The notes under the pieces: model-generated | What the model saw: the letters and a program-made list of their open reading frames with translations, nothing else | The model's database searches: none | What the model was told of the DNA's origin: nothing | From: a virus | Strand: one strand, 5' to 3' | DNA length: 64,000 nt | Virus record (IMG/VR): IMGVR_UViG_3300037804_000367 | Location: 32,001 to 96,000 of that record | Part shown: in pieces, positions 7,605-17,804 of the stretch | Numbering within the stretch: the stretch's first letter is position 1 | Layout: every line of letters starts with the position of its first letter | Program-made: the position numbers and the translations under genes

Positions 7605-7640
7605 TATAATATCCCGTTGTGTTAAATTTAGCTATGTAGT

Positions 7641-7648
7641 TATTTATA
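7641..7648 (-). promoter_or_regulatory. T4-type late promoter box TATAAATA
   Basis: Exact box in a 49-bp intergenic gap upstream of the 659-aa gene. Confidence 0.6.
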
Positions 7649-7653
7649 GAATG

Positions 7654-8067
7654 TTACAATGAATCTACGTACAGTTCTAATAGAGATATTTGATTTTTAT
7701 GAACTACCTTTGCTGCCTCTTCAATGTCAAAATATCTTCCGTCTTGATTCTCAGGTAGACCTTTTCTATATCCATCAGCAATGATATTTGAACTTATATA
7801 TTTCTCAGTGCCATCGCCTTCGTAAATGAAAGCATTAATCTTCTTACCTTGCTTTACGTCTCCACTACCTTGAAGATAAACTAATCGATCAGGATGGTCA
7901 ATAGTAAGTCCAGTTTCTTCTTCAAATTCTCTGATAGCAGCTTGCTTTATATCTTCACCTTGTTCCACTCCGCCCTTTGGGATTCCCCAACCGTCACTAC
8001 CAGTGGGATTGATATAAAATATTTTATTCTCATGTCTAAGAATGATTCCTGCTGTTTGCCTTTGCAT
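7654..8067 (-). CDS. NUDIX hydrolase
   Basis: Nudix box GGVEQGEDIKQAAIREFEEETG. Confidence 0.93.
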   Translation of the reverse strand: MQRQTAGIILRHENKIFYINPTGSDGWGIPKGGVEQGEDIKQAAIREFEEETGLTIDHPDRLVYLQGSGDVKQGKKINAFIYEGDGTEKYISSNIIADGYRKGLPENQDGRYFDIEEAAKVVHKNQISLLELYVDSL

Positions 8068-8478
8068 AATACTTTTCCTTTTCTAAAAACTAATGGGTAG
8101 GGACTCTCAAAACTACCTCGTGTTGTTTCATATACATTGGAACATCGACTGTCCCTTGATAGATCCTTTTTATTTATCATTAGCTTACATTGTTATCCGA
8201 TACAAAGATGAAGCTACAAAGTTCACCATGAACATTATTACCAGTTGCAATTATAAAGTCATCAAAGTGATCAATGTTTTTATGAAGCTGCAATTTAAAC
8301 TGGCCATCTTCACTTTTGATTTGTTTAGTTGTTGGTTTATTTAACCAACACAATAACATATTATCTTTTCCTTCCATCCAAAATATATTTCTCTCATCTC
8401 TGAGAATAGTTTGAACACCTAACGATAATTTCAAATCACTTAATTGTTTTAACACTTTATCTACAACACTAAAATTCA

Positions 8479-8655
8479 TTACGGCATCTCCATCCAGTCG
8501 CCCATATTGCCACAACGCTTCATGTAATCTTGTCCACCATCAACAGCTACACTCTTACATGGACACCATTTAAAATCATGACGAGTCTTACTCTCAATTA
8601 TAGTAAGACACTTCAAACATTTTATTCTGTTTCTTTCTGGTTTTGATTCTTGCAT
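8479..8655 (-). CDS. Small zinc-ribbon phage protein (58 aa; not in the ORF track)
   Basis: MQESKPERNRIKCLKC..ESKTRHDFKWCPCKSVAVDGG; pattern recalled from conserved phage proteins; coupled to its neighbours. Confidence 0.7.
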   Translation of the reverse strand: MQESKPERNRIKCLKCLTIIESKTRHDFKWCPCKSVAVDGGQDYMKRCGNMGDWMEMP

Positions 8656-8868
8656 GATATATCTTCCTGTTGTTTTATTTGTTTTAAACTTTCTAAAAAC
8701 TGTAGAAGGTTTGAGTTATGATTAATCACAGTATTGAATAATAAATCAAATTGTGGAGAGTTTAATTGTACATCATATTTTTCAGCTAATTGCTTCATTA
8801 GTTTAAATATGTCGCCATCATCTTGTTCGGTAAACGTCCAAAGCCAATCACCGTTGTCTAATTGTTCC

Positions 8869-9207
8869 TCAATCATGTTGTGTCCTTTGCATTAATTTTA
8901 TTAAACCTATTGCAGCTGCCCATCCTTTTTCAGTTGGCTCTAACCTAGCGAATGGAGCTATATCATTTTGACTGAAATGTGGATCTAATTTATTATGGGA
9001 TAGTATCTTTGCTAGATGATAATTATATACACAAATCTTATTACCTTCATAGTTATTACAGTCAGGATAAACAATTTTGATTACACACCAATCATAAAAA
9101 CTTTGACTCTTAACTATTTTATAATTAGTTGCTACAGGGTTTCCTGATCTGTAAACATATTCAACATCATTGCTACTACAACTTCTACTAAAAGGAGATA
9201 GACCCAT
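8869..9207 (-). CDS. Conserved phage hypothetical protein
   Basis: YPDCNNYEGNKI...LDPHF...ARLEPTEKGW motif pattern; tight packing. Confidence 0.65.
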   Translation of the reverse strand: MGLSPFSRSCSSNDVEYVYRSGNPVATNYKIVKSQSFYDWCVIKIVYPDCNNYEGNKICVYNYHLAKILSHNKLDPHFSQNDIAPFARLEPTEKGWAAAIGLIKLMQRTQHD

Positions 9208-9643
9208 TATAGTTTCCTATTACTTTTTATTACATCAGGCATCGGCTCGCCATACATTTCATGCAAATATAATTTTTGCTTATATGTTGTTAAGTCCAAC
9301 CCATACTTCTTACAATCAATTGCTTGTTGTAGTCCTTTCTCGCTACACGTATGACCATGATAGTGAGTATCATGATCATCCCAGTTTACAAAATCTCCAC
9401 ACTTGTCACATTTCATGATTAAGTAATCTTGTTTGCGTTGATGGTATCTTGGATATCTTTATGATTAAGATTAACCGTAATGCCATCACGCATCTTTGTC
9501 ATCATGTCAGTTGTATAAGCAGTAAGAAGATCACTAGCTCGTTGTGCAGCTAATCTCCCAGCACTAGGACTTGGCATTGTCTTGAGATCTATTCTATGCT
9601 GTAGAACTATTTCGTTGATGCTTTCCATTATAATGTTCCTTTG

Positions 9644-10207
9644 TTAATGATGATCGTCAGTTACAATTTCTTGTTTATGATTTCTCATATTGTTTTTCTT
9701 AATGCTGTCAATCTCAGAAAGGATCTGTTCAACACTAACTGGTTTCCAATCCCAACAATCGACTCCTACATCAAGACGAAGCTTTGTGCCATCATGTTTA
9801 AGATTACCATGACAATGACCATGTAGCATGATCGTTCCTCTGTATTGTCCGTTCCATGATACCATAGGGTAGTGACTTAGAACAAACTTCTGAGTTCCAA
9901 CTTTGATCTCTTTATAGTCACCGCTCCAAGCACACCCTTCACTATTTCTAAATGATTTATCATGGTTTCCAAAGATCCAATGAATGTGACCATTAAGTCT
10001 CCTGAATAGATTCTCCACCTGGGACTTTTTATTTACAAACGCGAAGTCCCCTAGCATGTAGATGTCGTCTTGAGGATCAACAAGTTCATTCCAATTACTA
10101 ATCATTGCTTCATTCATTTCGTCTACATTTGCAAACGGACGATTACTAAATCTAATAATGTTCTTATGATTGAAATGTAGATCAGATGTAAACCATGTAC
10201 GTTTCAT
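9644..10207 (-). CDS. Calcineurin-like metallophosphoesterase
   Basis: SDLHF, GDF, GNHD, HYP and HGHCH motifs. Confidence 0.93.
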   Translation of the reverse strand: MKRTWFTSDLHFNHKNIIRFSNRPFANVDEMNEAMISNWNELVDPQDDIYMLGDFAFVNKKSQVENLFRRLNGHIHWIFGNHDKSFRNSEGCAWSGDYKEIKVGTQKFVLSHYPMVSWNGQYRGTIMLHGHCHGNLKHDGTKLRLDVGVDCWDWKPVSVEQILSEIDSIKKNNMRNHKQEIVTDDHH

Positions 10208-10400
10208 TTTATACTTTCCTTTATTAGTTCAAGTGATATACAAACATTGCAATCACATCTAGTAACGTCAAGTGCCATTACTTTATTATAGAATGAAGAT
10301 AGTTTACCAAACTCACTATTAACATCTTTGCACTTTGTACAAAGGCCGTTCTTGAATGACAAACCATTCTTTCCACATCCGTTACATTGTTCCATATTTG

Positions 10401-10904
10401 TCAGTCAATTGCTCTTGTTAGTGTTGGCGGAGTACTAAGCTTGAATGGTTTATCTGCTAACATGTAGTTACCAGCCCACTCTACGTATGTACCGTCTGTA
10501 GTAAAGAAGAAGATGCCATCACCATTAGTTCCGTATGAACCATCCTCTGCAGGACTAGGCAGTGTTACTGATCCACCATGCGTCCTTTTTAATTGTTCAG
10601 GGTTCGTGATCTGTGAATTTACAGAACTAACCTTTCCTTTGATAGAATAGAACGCCATGATCCTTCCATAGCTAACAAGATAGATATAACTTACTTTGTT
10701 TTCATTATTCCATAAATTGGTTCGCTTATTAATATTCTCACGTTCCAAACTCCATTGCAATGATACAGGAGGTTGTGCAGTCAGGAGTCGAGCTTGATTT
10801 TCTTCAGTTTGTTTCTGTTCCTTTTCCGATGTACCTTTTGGCTCACAAGCAGTGAATAGAGATAGCATGAGGATGGACATTAGTACTAGCATTAGTTTTT
10901 TCAT
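10401..10904 (-). CDS. Lipoprotein
   Basis: Signal peptide with lipobox SLFTA-C; PAEDGSYG motif. Confidence 0.75.
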   Translation of the reverse strand: MKKLMLVLMSILMLSLFTACEPKGTSEKEQKQTEENQARLLTAQPPVSLQWSLERENINKRTNLWNNENKVSYIYLVSYGRIMAFYSIKGKVSSVNSQITNPEQLKRTHGGSVTLPSPAEDGSYGTNGDGIFFFTTDGTYVEWAGNYMLADKPFKLSTPPTLTRAID

Positions 10905-10938
10905 ATTGGGTATTCCTTTTGTTTGTTTTTGTTTGGGG

Positions 10939-11361
10939 TTAGTTAAGTTGGTGTGGTAAGTTGTTGTCTTTAAAGATGTTTCGATTCAACATCTTAGATC
11001 TGGCATTGTACTTGGATCGCATATCCTCCATTTGATATACAAGTCCGTCTGCGATTGACCTTAGCCTAGAGAACTCTTGTTTGTCTTCAAAGGTCCATTT
11101 GTCTCTATCACCTGCGTCTGTCTTAAATGTTTCAACACTTTTATTTGATATGTCGATCTTTTGTTTGATTGCACCATAGTCTTCATGTTGTTGCTTGAAC
11201 CATTCGTATTGAAAGATTACATTGTCACCATCAAGAGTACGATCCATTATCTGAGTACCAGTTGTGCAAGCCCTGCCAACCACTAACAAAATTATCATCA
11301 TACATACTACACCAAAACCTACGAACACATTCTTCATTTGTATTACCTTTATTATATTCAT
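10939..11361 (-). CDS. Membrane-anchored helical protein
   Basis: N-terminal TM followed by a coiled-coil-like region; first gene after the 11399 promoter. Confidence 0.65.
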   Translation of the reverse strand: MNIIKVIQMKNVFVGFGVVCMMIILLVVGRACTTGTQIMDRTLDGDNVIFQYEWFKQQHEDYGAIKQKIDISNKSVETFKTDAGDRDKWTFEDKQEFSRLRSIADGLVYQMEDMRSKYNARSKMLNRNIFKDNNLPHQLN

Positions 11362-11398
11362 TTTTGTTTCCTTACTACATCTTTCGTTTACCTATACT

Positions 11399-11426
11399 AA
11401 TATACACTGTTAACTAGATAAGTCAA
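11399..11426 (-). promoter_or_regulatory. Early-type promoter TTGACT-N16-TATATT
   Basis: Consensus match. Confidence 0.8.
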
Positions 11427-11725
11427 CCTCAAAGTCAAACTATTTGCAATAAAAATTATCCTATACATTTCCACATTGTTGCTATTATATTATCAACCTG
11501 TTTATGAACATCTTTCATAGTAGGCTCTTCTAGGGGCACACCACAAAAGTTTCCACTGTAAAAACTCCAGCCTTGATGATCCTCAGTGTAATACACAGAC
11601 CCAAACCCTATAACCTTGTTAACCGTAAAGTAATATGAAGGCTCACAATCACATTCATCTTCACAATCACAATAATCTGTTAGGCATCTAACATTACTAT
11701 CTTTGTATCTATGAGTGCTCATTAT

Positions 11726-12415
11726 CTAGTTATCCTTATTGTGTTTACGAAGCAGCTTCGCCTTGTATGTGCTAGCTTTGTTATTGATACAACAATTGCA
11801 CTTTCCACACGGCCGCCCTTTTTTACCCTCAGTACCTTCACAGTACCAACATAAGTGAGATAGAGTTGACTCGCGCATGTCATTAATAACATCAGCCTTA
11901 GTATTAAATATGAGAGGTAGCTTTAGTCCGTCTACCTTCTTACCATTTATAATAGCAAGATGCTTCCATATTTGTTTGGCACTATGTATCAGTTCACTAT
12001 CATAATCATCCTTGAGCCAACTTATGTATACATCCTCATCCATCTTACTCATCATACTAGCTAGAGAGATCCATAAGCTAGGCTGACAGCCCTGACCATG
12101 TAGTTGATTGTGTAGGTCTATAGTTAGCTCTTGATGATCCCAATCACAAATGTCATAAATCTTTAACATACGTTTCTTTAATTTCTTCCTAGCCTTCTTC
12201 TCCATCTTTTGTTGACGATTGGAGATCTGATCAATATCAAACGCAATTGTTCTTACACTACCCGGAGTACTGTTTTGAAGAATGTTGATTAGAGTTAGAG
12301 TAGAATCGAGACCGCCCGTCCATAGTACTAACTTGTTTGTACTAGCTTCATTAGTTTTTATCATCTTTATATTAACCTTTGACATTACGTTTAATCTTAA
12401 AAAAATTTTACACAC
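11726..12415 (-). CDS. queC: QueC-like 7-cyano-7-deazaguanine synthase (PP-loop ATPase)
   Basis: N-terminal LWTGGLDST PP-loop; C-terminal CWYC...PCGKCNCC zinc site. Confidence 0.7.
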   Translation of the reverse strand: MCKIFLRLNVMSKVNIKMIKTNEASTNKLVLWTGGLDSTLTLINILQNSTPGSVRTIAFDIDQISNRQQKMEKKARKKLKKRMLKIYDICDWDHQELTIDLHNQLHGQGCQPSLWISLASMMSKMDEDVYISWLKDDYDSELIHSAKQIWKHLAIINGKKVDGLKLPLIFNTKADVINDMRESTLSHLCWYCEGTEGKKGRPCGKCNCCINNKASTYKAKLLRKHNKDN

Positions 12416-12994
12416 TGTTGTTGTTTAACCGTTATACAATGCACTATTGTCCTTGGGGAGATAGCATGGGTTATAGTGACTTGAATTTTAACCATTATTG
12501 ATTTGTTGGTTATTTTAGTAGACTAGTCTTTGGTATAACCTTTATGTGTTGTTTGTTGTGTAATGCATGTATTATATTATCTTAGCAAGTTGCGTTATAG
12601 TTACATCATATCCACGAATTAGTACAGTTATTATACGATCGTTGTATACAACTATGTACATGGGTGTATTGATTTACCCTATCGTTGATCGAGAAGTTAT
12701 TAGACCGTAGGACAAAAGCTGCTTAGCACATTGCCGTTGAATGAGCCGTTTTACGCAAAAATCGTAAAAACGCTATATACACGTATTTTAGCTATTGAGA
12801 TAACGTCTCACGCAGATTGCGGTATACTAGCCGTTAGTACACGATTTAAGTAATCATAGATACAACAACTCGTTATACGTAGGAATGCGTAAGATATAGT
12901 TTTTGGTATAAACGTCGTTATGAATAGTTGTATTATTCAATAATAGCATTTGACCATATACTAATACAATTGGTAATACATTCTACTACGAATA

Positions 12995-13076
12995 AAGGTA
13001 TCATAACGTATTCCATGCATTCATAAGTGATCATAACGTGTTATATCAATTACTAAGTGATCATATCGTGTTATAT
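12995..13076. repeat. Three direct repeats spaced 30 nt apart (iteron-like)
   Basis: tcata(a/t)cgt at 13001, 13031 and 13061; the last two share taagtgatcata.cgtgttatat. Confidence 0.7.
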
Positions 13077-13201
13077 AAGGTAAACCGTCCCTTTACCTAG
13101 GGAAAAAAGTGTTATTTAGAAATTCATAGCGGTTTCTACGCGTTTCTAAGCGATCCTATCAGTTTCTATACCGGATATTGGGGTAAATTGCGTATATTAT
13201 C

Positions 13202-13417
13202 AGTAAAACCATTGCTCTTCCCGGGGAATACTCCACCTGACACGTGTTTATTCGGTGATTAGGGTAATAAACTAGTTGATATTAGTCAATACTGGGTTAA
13301 ATATTGCAAAATAGTCTGGATAATAGTATGTTAAGCGGGAATATTAGTAAAAACCGTCTCTCTTCCTGCAGAGACCTCGAACATACGCGTGTTTATTCGG
13401 CGATTGGGTCAATAAAC
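13202..13417. repeat. Two imperfect ~71-nt direct repeats, each ending in a gtttatt...aataaac hairpin
   Basis: 13202-13272 and 13346-13417. Confidence 0.7.
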
Positions 13418-13441
13418 GACATATAAATCAAGGAACATTGT

Positions 13442-13939
13442 ATGATAGCTCTTATAACTGCTGCTTGGGACAAGATTTCGAGCGTAGTTGGTGATGAAAC
13501 CACTATTACTCCGGATACTTACGAGTATCTTGGGGTAAAATTCACTAATGGAGAGACAAAACTGTTAGATATCGGTGATGACTTCGAGAAAAGGCACTTA
13601 GAAAGTATATTTCCCATCATTTCCGAGTATGGATACAGTTCTTTAACTGCAATTGGCCCTAATAATGGATTTTATATCATTCCAAAGGATAGTTCTTACA
13701 ATTTAACCATTGCTTGGCGCTATGAAGGCACTACTTTGGGTCAAATAGGTTCATTTAATGAGCAAAGTGAAGTAATTGAGCGCAAGCACCCGATGTTTTT
13801 TGCTGATCACATCTGTAATAGTTGTTTGAAGCCTATTACTATATGTAAATGTGAACAATTAAGTCATCCGATCGATCATTTTGGTGGTCCAGGTACTGCT
13901 TGGGGTGGTCCAGGACCAATTGAAGTAATGAAAGGGTAA
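13442..13939 (+). CDS. Hypothetical protein (isolated plus-strand gene; Cys knuckle and GGPG repeats at the C-terminus)
   Basis: AAGGA RBS and TATAAATC box upstream; 165 aa. Confidence 0.6.
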   Translation: MIALITAAWDKISSVVGDETTITPDTYEYLGVKFTNGETKLLDIGDDFEKRHLESIFPIISEYGYSSLTAIGPNNGFYIIPKDSSYNLTIAWRYEGTTLGQIGSFNEQSEVIERKHPMFFADHICNSCLKPITICKCEQLSHPIDHFGGPGTAWGGPGPIEVMKG

Positions 13940-14017
13940 ACTTTTATCAAAAACTGACTAAAAACAGTCAACTTTTGTGGTAGGGCACCCACCTCCCTTG
14001 GTATAACAATATCAGCT

Positions 14018-14346
14018 AGACCTTTTTCGATCGTTTTATGTCTCAACGCGCGACCAAAAAAAATAAATATTGTATATCGCGTAGTGCACAAGTGTAGTAC
14101 ACAATAATTTGGCAGTATTTTATAAGTGACCTTTGTAATACATCTTTAAAAGTATAACGAAATCGTTTTTGCTTAATAATTGGCAAACATTTAAAAGTAT
14201 AACAAAATCGGCAAGACCTTTTTCGATCGATTTAGGTCTAACACGTGACCAAAAAAAATAAATATTGTATATCGTGGACTAGTATAGCGTAGTGCACAAT
14301 ATTTTGGCAGTATTTTCCGTAGACCTTTTTCGATCGATTTAGGTCT
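14018..14346. repeat. Direct repeats of about 100 nt carrying the dyad agacct-tttt-cgatcg-attt-aggtct
   Basis: Units at 14018-14120, 14214-14315 and partial 14321-14346. Confidence 0.75.
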
Positions 14347-14410
14347 GTAGCATTATTTCAGCATTTTACCTAATAGTCGATTTCGTTAACGAGTTTTTTT
14401 GTTATAAAAC

Positions 14411-14446
14411 AAAAAAAGACTTACCAAATGAATGATAAGTCTTTTT
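14411..14446. terminator. Bidirectional intrinsic terminator
   Basis: aaaaagactta/taagtcttttt stem with A/T tails. Confidence 0.65.
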
Positions 14447-14466
14447 AAAATTTGATTATGTTTGTT

Positions 14467-14820
14467 TTATTTGTCTGGTGGAGTGACCTCTTCCCTTACA
14501 ACTGAAATGTTTCGGTACTTAGATAGGAAAGGTATACGCCAGCCATAAACTTTGACCTTAAATGTCTTACCTTTGTCTAATTGTGATTGCATATCAGATG
14601 AATCAAACTTCCAACGTAGTAAAGTATCATTGTTTGCAAACACTTCGCCTTGTTCAGTAAAGATTAAGTACTTACTGTCCCCATTTGACATCACCACTTC
14701 TTGTTTCTTAACTGTAATAGTTAGTTCTTGTGTTGAGAAGTGAGGGCCAACAATCATAAATGCAATAATTGCTAAAACTAAAATCACTAACACGCCTTTT
14801 GTTCCATCTTTCATACTCAT
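14467..14820 (-). CDS. Membrane-anchored/secreted conserved phage protein (DUF1523-like)
   Basis: N-terminal TM; ...VYGWRIPFLSKYRNI C-terminal motif. Confidence 0.55.
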   Translation of the reverse strand: MSMKDGTKGVLVILVLAIIAFMIVGPHFSTQELTITVKKQEVVMSNGDSKYLIFTEQGEVFANNDTLLRWKFDSSDMQSQLDKGKTFKVKVYGWRIPFLSKYRNISVVREEVTPPDK

Positions 14821-15254
14821 TTTCCTTTTTGTTTATTAGATCTTTGTTGCTCGAACTGTTCCTGAATCTCTTTTGTTCTCAAATTATACTCAACCATATC
14901 AACACAGATGCAAGGAGTCGAAGAACAATACATACAACACACTCCACAACTCGGACAGTCGTCATTATATGTGCTTGCCATTATAGATAGATACCTTGGT
15001 GAGCATAAATGCCAACCTTCTGAAGTCTTTGTCCGTCACAAATCTCTTTAAGCAATTGAACAATGTTTGTAAACTGTTTAAGACGATTAAACTTGTCAAT
15101 CGTAATCGCTTTCGTGATAGTATCGATAGCTTCCTTAGAGGTCTGTTTACGAAGGTCTGACTTCATGAATACAATTTTAAAGATCTCTAGGCTGTCTGAT
15201 GACTGAACTAACATATTACTTCTCCGGTTGATTAAATCTTATCTTACTAATATT

Positions 15255-15282
15255 AATATACACCCTCAAGTAGATAAGTCAA
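15255..15282 (-). promoter_or_regulatory. Early-type promoter
   Basis: TTGACT-N16-TATATT. Confidence 0.8.
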
Positions 15283-15312
15283 CTTCATTTGACCAATATG
15301 TGTCGTAATAGT

Positions 15313-15561
15313 TCATGATAGATGTTTCTTCATTTCAAATGCTAGATAATGATTATCAAAATCTTCTTGTGTGGAAAGAACAAGCATCTGTTTAATTATT
15401 AGTTCTTGTAACCCGCTTCTGAATCTAAACAACTCGCATTTGTTGGTCGTATTCTCCCATCCGACACATATCAATTTAAATAATTCATTGTCCCAATTGC
15501 TAGTTGTAACATAAATGGCCATTGTTCCATTTGACCAATATGTTTTGTTAAAGTTCATCAT
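15313..15561 (-). CDS. Hypothetical protein with C-terminal MxxHL tag
   Basis: Ends FEMKKHLS*. Confidence 0.75.
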   Translation of the reverse strand: MMNFNKTYWSNGTMAIYVTTSNWDNELFKLICVGWENTTNKCELFRFRSGLQELIIKQMLVLSTQEDFDNHYLAFEMKKHLS

Positions 15562-16245
15562 TGATGTTTGCTCGGTTCTATTTTAAAAACCAAAATATAA
15601 TCATCGCGTACCACGTTACATCAAGAAGCTTTCCAAATGTAGACTGAGCTACTGCGCGTCCGAACCAACCACACACTCTCATGTAAGAGTTTCTAACACC
15701 TAGTACGATACCATAACCAATTATTAATGATAGTAGAATTAGATTAATCATTTTTTATCTCCATTAATTGTTGCGTTGTTATTGTTCGGGAAACAAATTC
15801 ACATTTAACACCAACTGCTCTCATTTGTTCGACAGTCATCTTATCATGTTTATAACGTTTGATTTCTTTATTGTTAGTCAGGTCGTAAATGTAGTATGAT
15901 TTAAATGATAGCTTATTTGGAATTTTTAGACATTTAACTATTTTACCATCAATAAAGTATTCAATTTTTGATGTTGGAAATGGGGTAGCAAATCCATTAG
16001 GGGTTGAGTTGTTATCCATTTTTATTCACCCCAAGCACTTTTAATGTTTAGCATTCTAACAGCCATCTTTGCAAACTGACTATTGGCTCCGTCGTGCTTG
16101 TAACCAATACCTATAAGCAGAGCTACATCTTCTGTTTCTGCAATCATACTCAGTTCCTTTCCATCAACCACTGGCTTGAAGTAATTTATAACATCTAAAG
16201 ATGGAATATTATTTGCACCTGTGTTCTGATATTGTTTAACTGTAA

Positions 16246-16578
16246 TCATTTTTTGTACTCCTGGTTGTGTAAATGTTTACTCATCTGTTTTGTTAGTATG
16301 AATTGTTGAGCTGTTAGTTTATCAATTGTTCGCCAATGGCCTGGAATGTCATAGCTGACATGTTGCCATCCTAATATTGACAACCACTTATAATTAGTAT
16401 CCCCTTTGCTTGCAAACAATACAAAGTTTTTGTCATCGGAATAGTTTGTCAAGAAGAACTTGTTCATTGTGTCAACACATAATTTCTCTTTGACATCATT
16501 CATTTTAACTACAACCCTTTTCGCCATTACACACTGTACACATGGTCTGCATGTTGCTAATGTTATTTGAACCACCAT
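16246..16578 (-). CDS. Hypothetical protein with MxxHL tag
   Basis: Ends KQMSKHLHNQEYKK*. Confidence 0.65.
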   Translation of the reverse strand: MVVQITLATCRPCVQCVMAKRVVVKMNDVKEKLCVDTMNKFFLTNYSDDKNFVLFASKGDTNYKWLSILGWQHVSYDIPGHWRTIDKLTAQQFILTKQMSKHLHNQEYKK

Positions 16579-16909
16579 TACTCTTAGCCAGTATGTGATC
16601 TTTAGTCATGAGAACTTCATTACCATTTGAGTCCATACCGTACAGATTGATATGGTAACCTTTTTCAGTATAGTTTTTTTCAAGTGCTAAGAACTTACCT
16701 TTAGCTGAACACGCTACGCAATCAACTCCTTTTTCTTTAAAAGTTAATAACCGTAATGAAGACATGTTAATAGTTTCTCCATTAAGTTCAATATTTACTC
16801 TGTTTTTACTAGAAGTTTTGTTAGTAGCAAACTTTAAAATAGATAAATCTTCAAGTATGGAGTGACGGAAATACGTTGGTCTAGTTTTCTTTGTTGATTT
16901 CTTTTTCAT
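16505..16909 (-). CDS. HNH endonuclease
   Basis: MTKDHILAKSNGGSNNISNMQTMCTVCNGEKG; CxxC. Confidence 0.88.
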   Translation of the reverse strand: MKKKSTKKTRPTYFRHSILEDLSILKFATNKTSSKNRVNIELNGETINMSSLRLLTFKEKGVDCVACSAKGKFLALEKNYTEKGYHINLYGMDSNGNEVLMTKDHILAKSNGGSNNISNMQTMCTVCNGEKGCS

Positions 16910-16910
16910 T

Positions 16911-17291
16911 TTACATTGCTCTCAGTACAGAGGACACAGGGAGCTTGAATGATTTACCAGTGGCAACTTCAATAGCCATTACTGGATAACGTTTTGCTCT
17001 TGTGTTCCAACCACTGACCTTGAACTTCTTTGATTGTAAAGTTATGGTTGAATTAAGAAGAGACTTTTTGAGTCCGTGTCTTTCAGCATAGAAGTTCCAA
17101 GCCTCAACTTCTTTTGAATCAGCTACTGTACCATTTGCTTTGACGTCGAGGAACTCAACCTTCATTGAGAATTGTTCTTTATTATAAGAGGCGCGACCAG
17201 TTTTGAATTTAACACTATGTTTCTTTTCAATTTTCTTCATAGCAGCTTCCATGTCTTTGCGAATTGCATCAATCTTTGAAGTAGTAATCAT
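16911..17291 (-). CDS. Basic hypothetical protein, first gene of a module
   Basis: Follows the 17331 promoter; 126 aa. Confidence 0.7.
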   Translation of the reverse strand: MITTSKIDAIRKDMEAAMKKIEKKHSVKFKTGRASYNKEQFSMKVEFLDVKANGTVADSKEVEAWNFYAERHGLKKSLLNSTITLQSKKFKVSGWNTRAKRYPVMAIEVATGKSFKLPVSSVLRAM

Positions 17292-17330
17292 ATTTGTGTC
17301 TCTCTTTTAATTTATTTTCTTACCTATTCT

Positions 17331-17358
17331 AATATAAGCCCTTAACAGGATAAGTCAA
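17331..17358 (-). promoter_or_regulatory. Early-type promoter
   Basis: TTGACT-N16-TATATT. Confidence 0.8.
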
Positions 17359-17366
17359 CAACAAAG

Positions 17367-17804
17367 TTAAACTAAATGCTTACTCATTTCAATATAAAGT
17401 AACACTTCGCTTGATGGGTCGTCAATATATTGAATAGCTTGACCATTTTGTTGCACGGACGCTAATTGAACTTCTCGAGAAGGGTCTTTTATATATTCAA
17501 TAGCGTGTCCATTTTGTTGTACAGCAGCAATTTGGACTTCTCGAGAAGGGTCTGTAATACATATAATAGCGTATCCATTTTCCTGCATAGCCACGAGTTG
17601 AACTTTTTGAGAAGGCTCTTTAATATATTGAATAGTGTGTCCATCTTGTTGCACAGCAGCTAGTTGGATTTCGAAAGATGGATTGTCAATATATTGAATT
17701 GTGTATTCGTCTTGTTGTACAGCTGCTAGTTGAATATCTTCACTAGGATTTTTAATAAATCTAATATCATATCCATCTAGTTGCACTTTCTGTAAGTCGG
17801 TCAT
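17367..17804 (-). CDS. 22-aa helical repeat protein (DUF4116-like), 5 full repeats, MxxHL tag
   Basis: EIQLAAVQQDGYxIQYIxNPS repeats; ends EMSKHLV*. Confidence 0.85.
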   Translation of the reverse strand: MTDLQKVQLDGYDIRFIKNPSEDIQLAAVQQDEYTIQYIDNPSFEIQLAAVQQDGHTIQYIKEPSQKVQLVAMQENGYAIICITDPSREVQIAAVQQNGHAIEYIKDPSREVQLASVQQNGQAIQYIDDPSSEVLLYIEMSKHLV

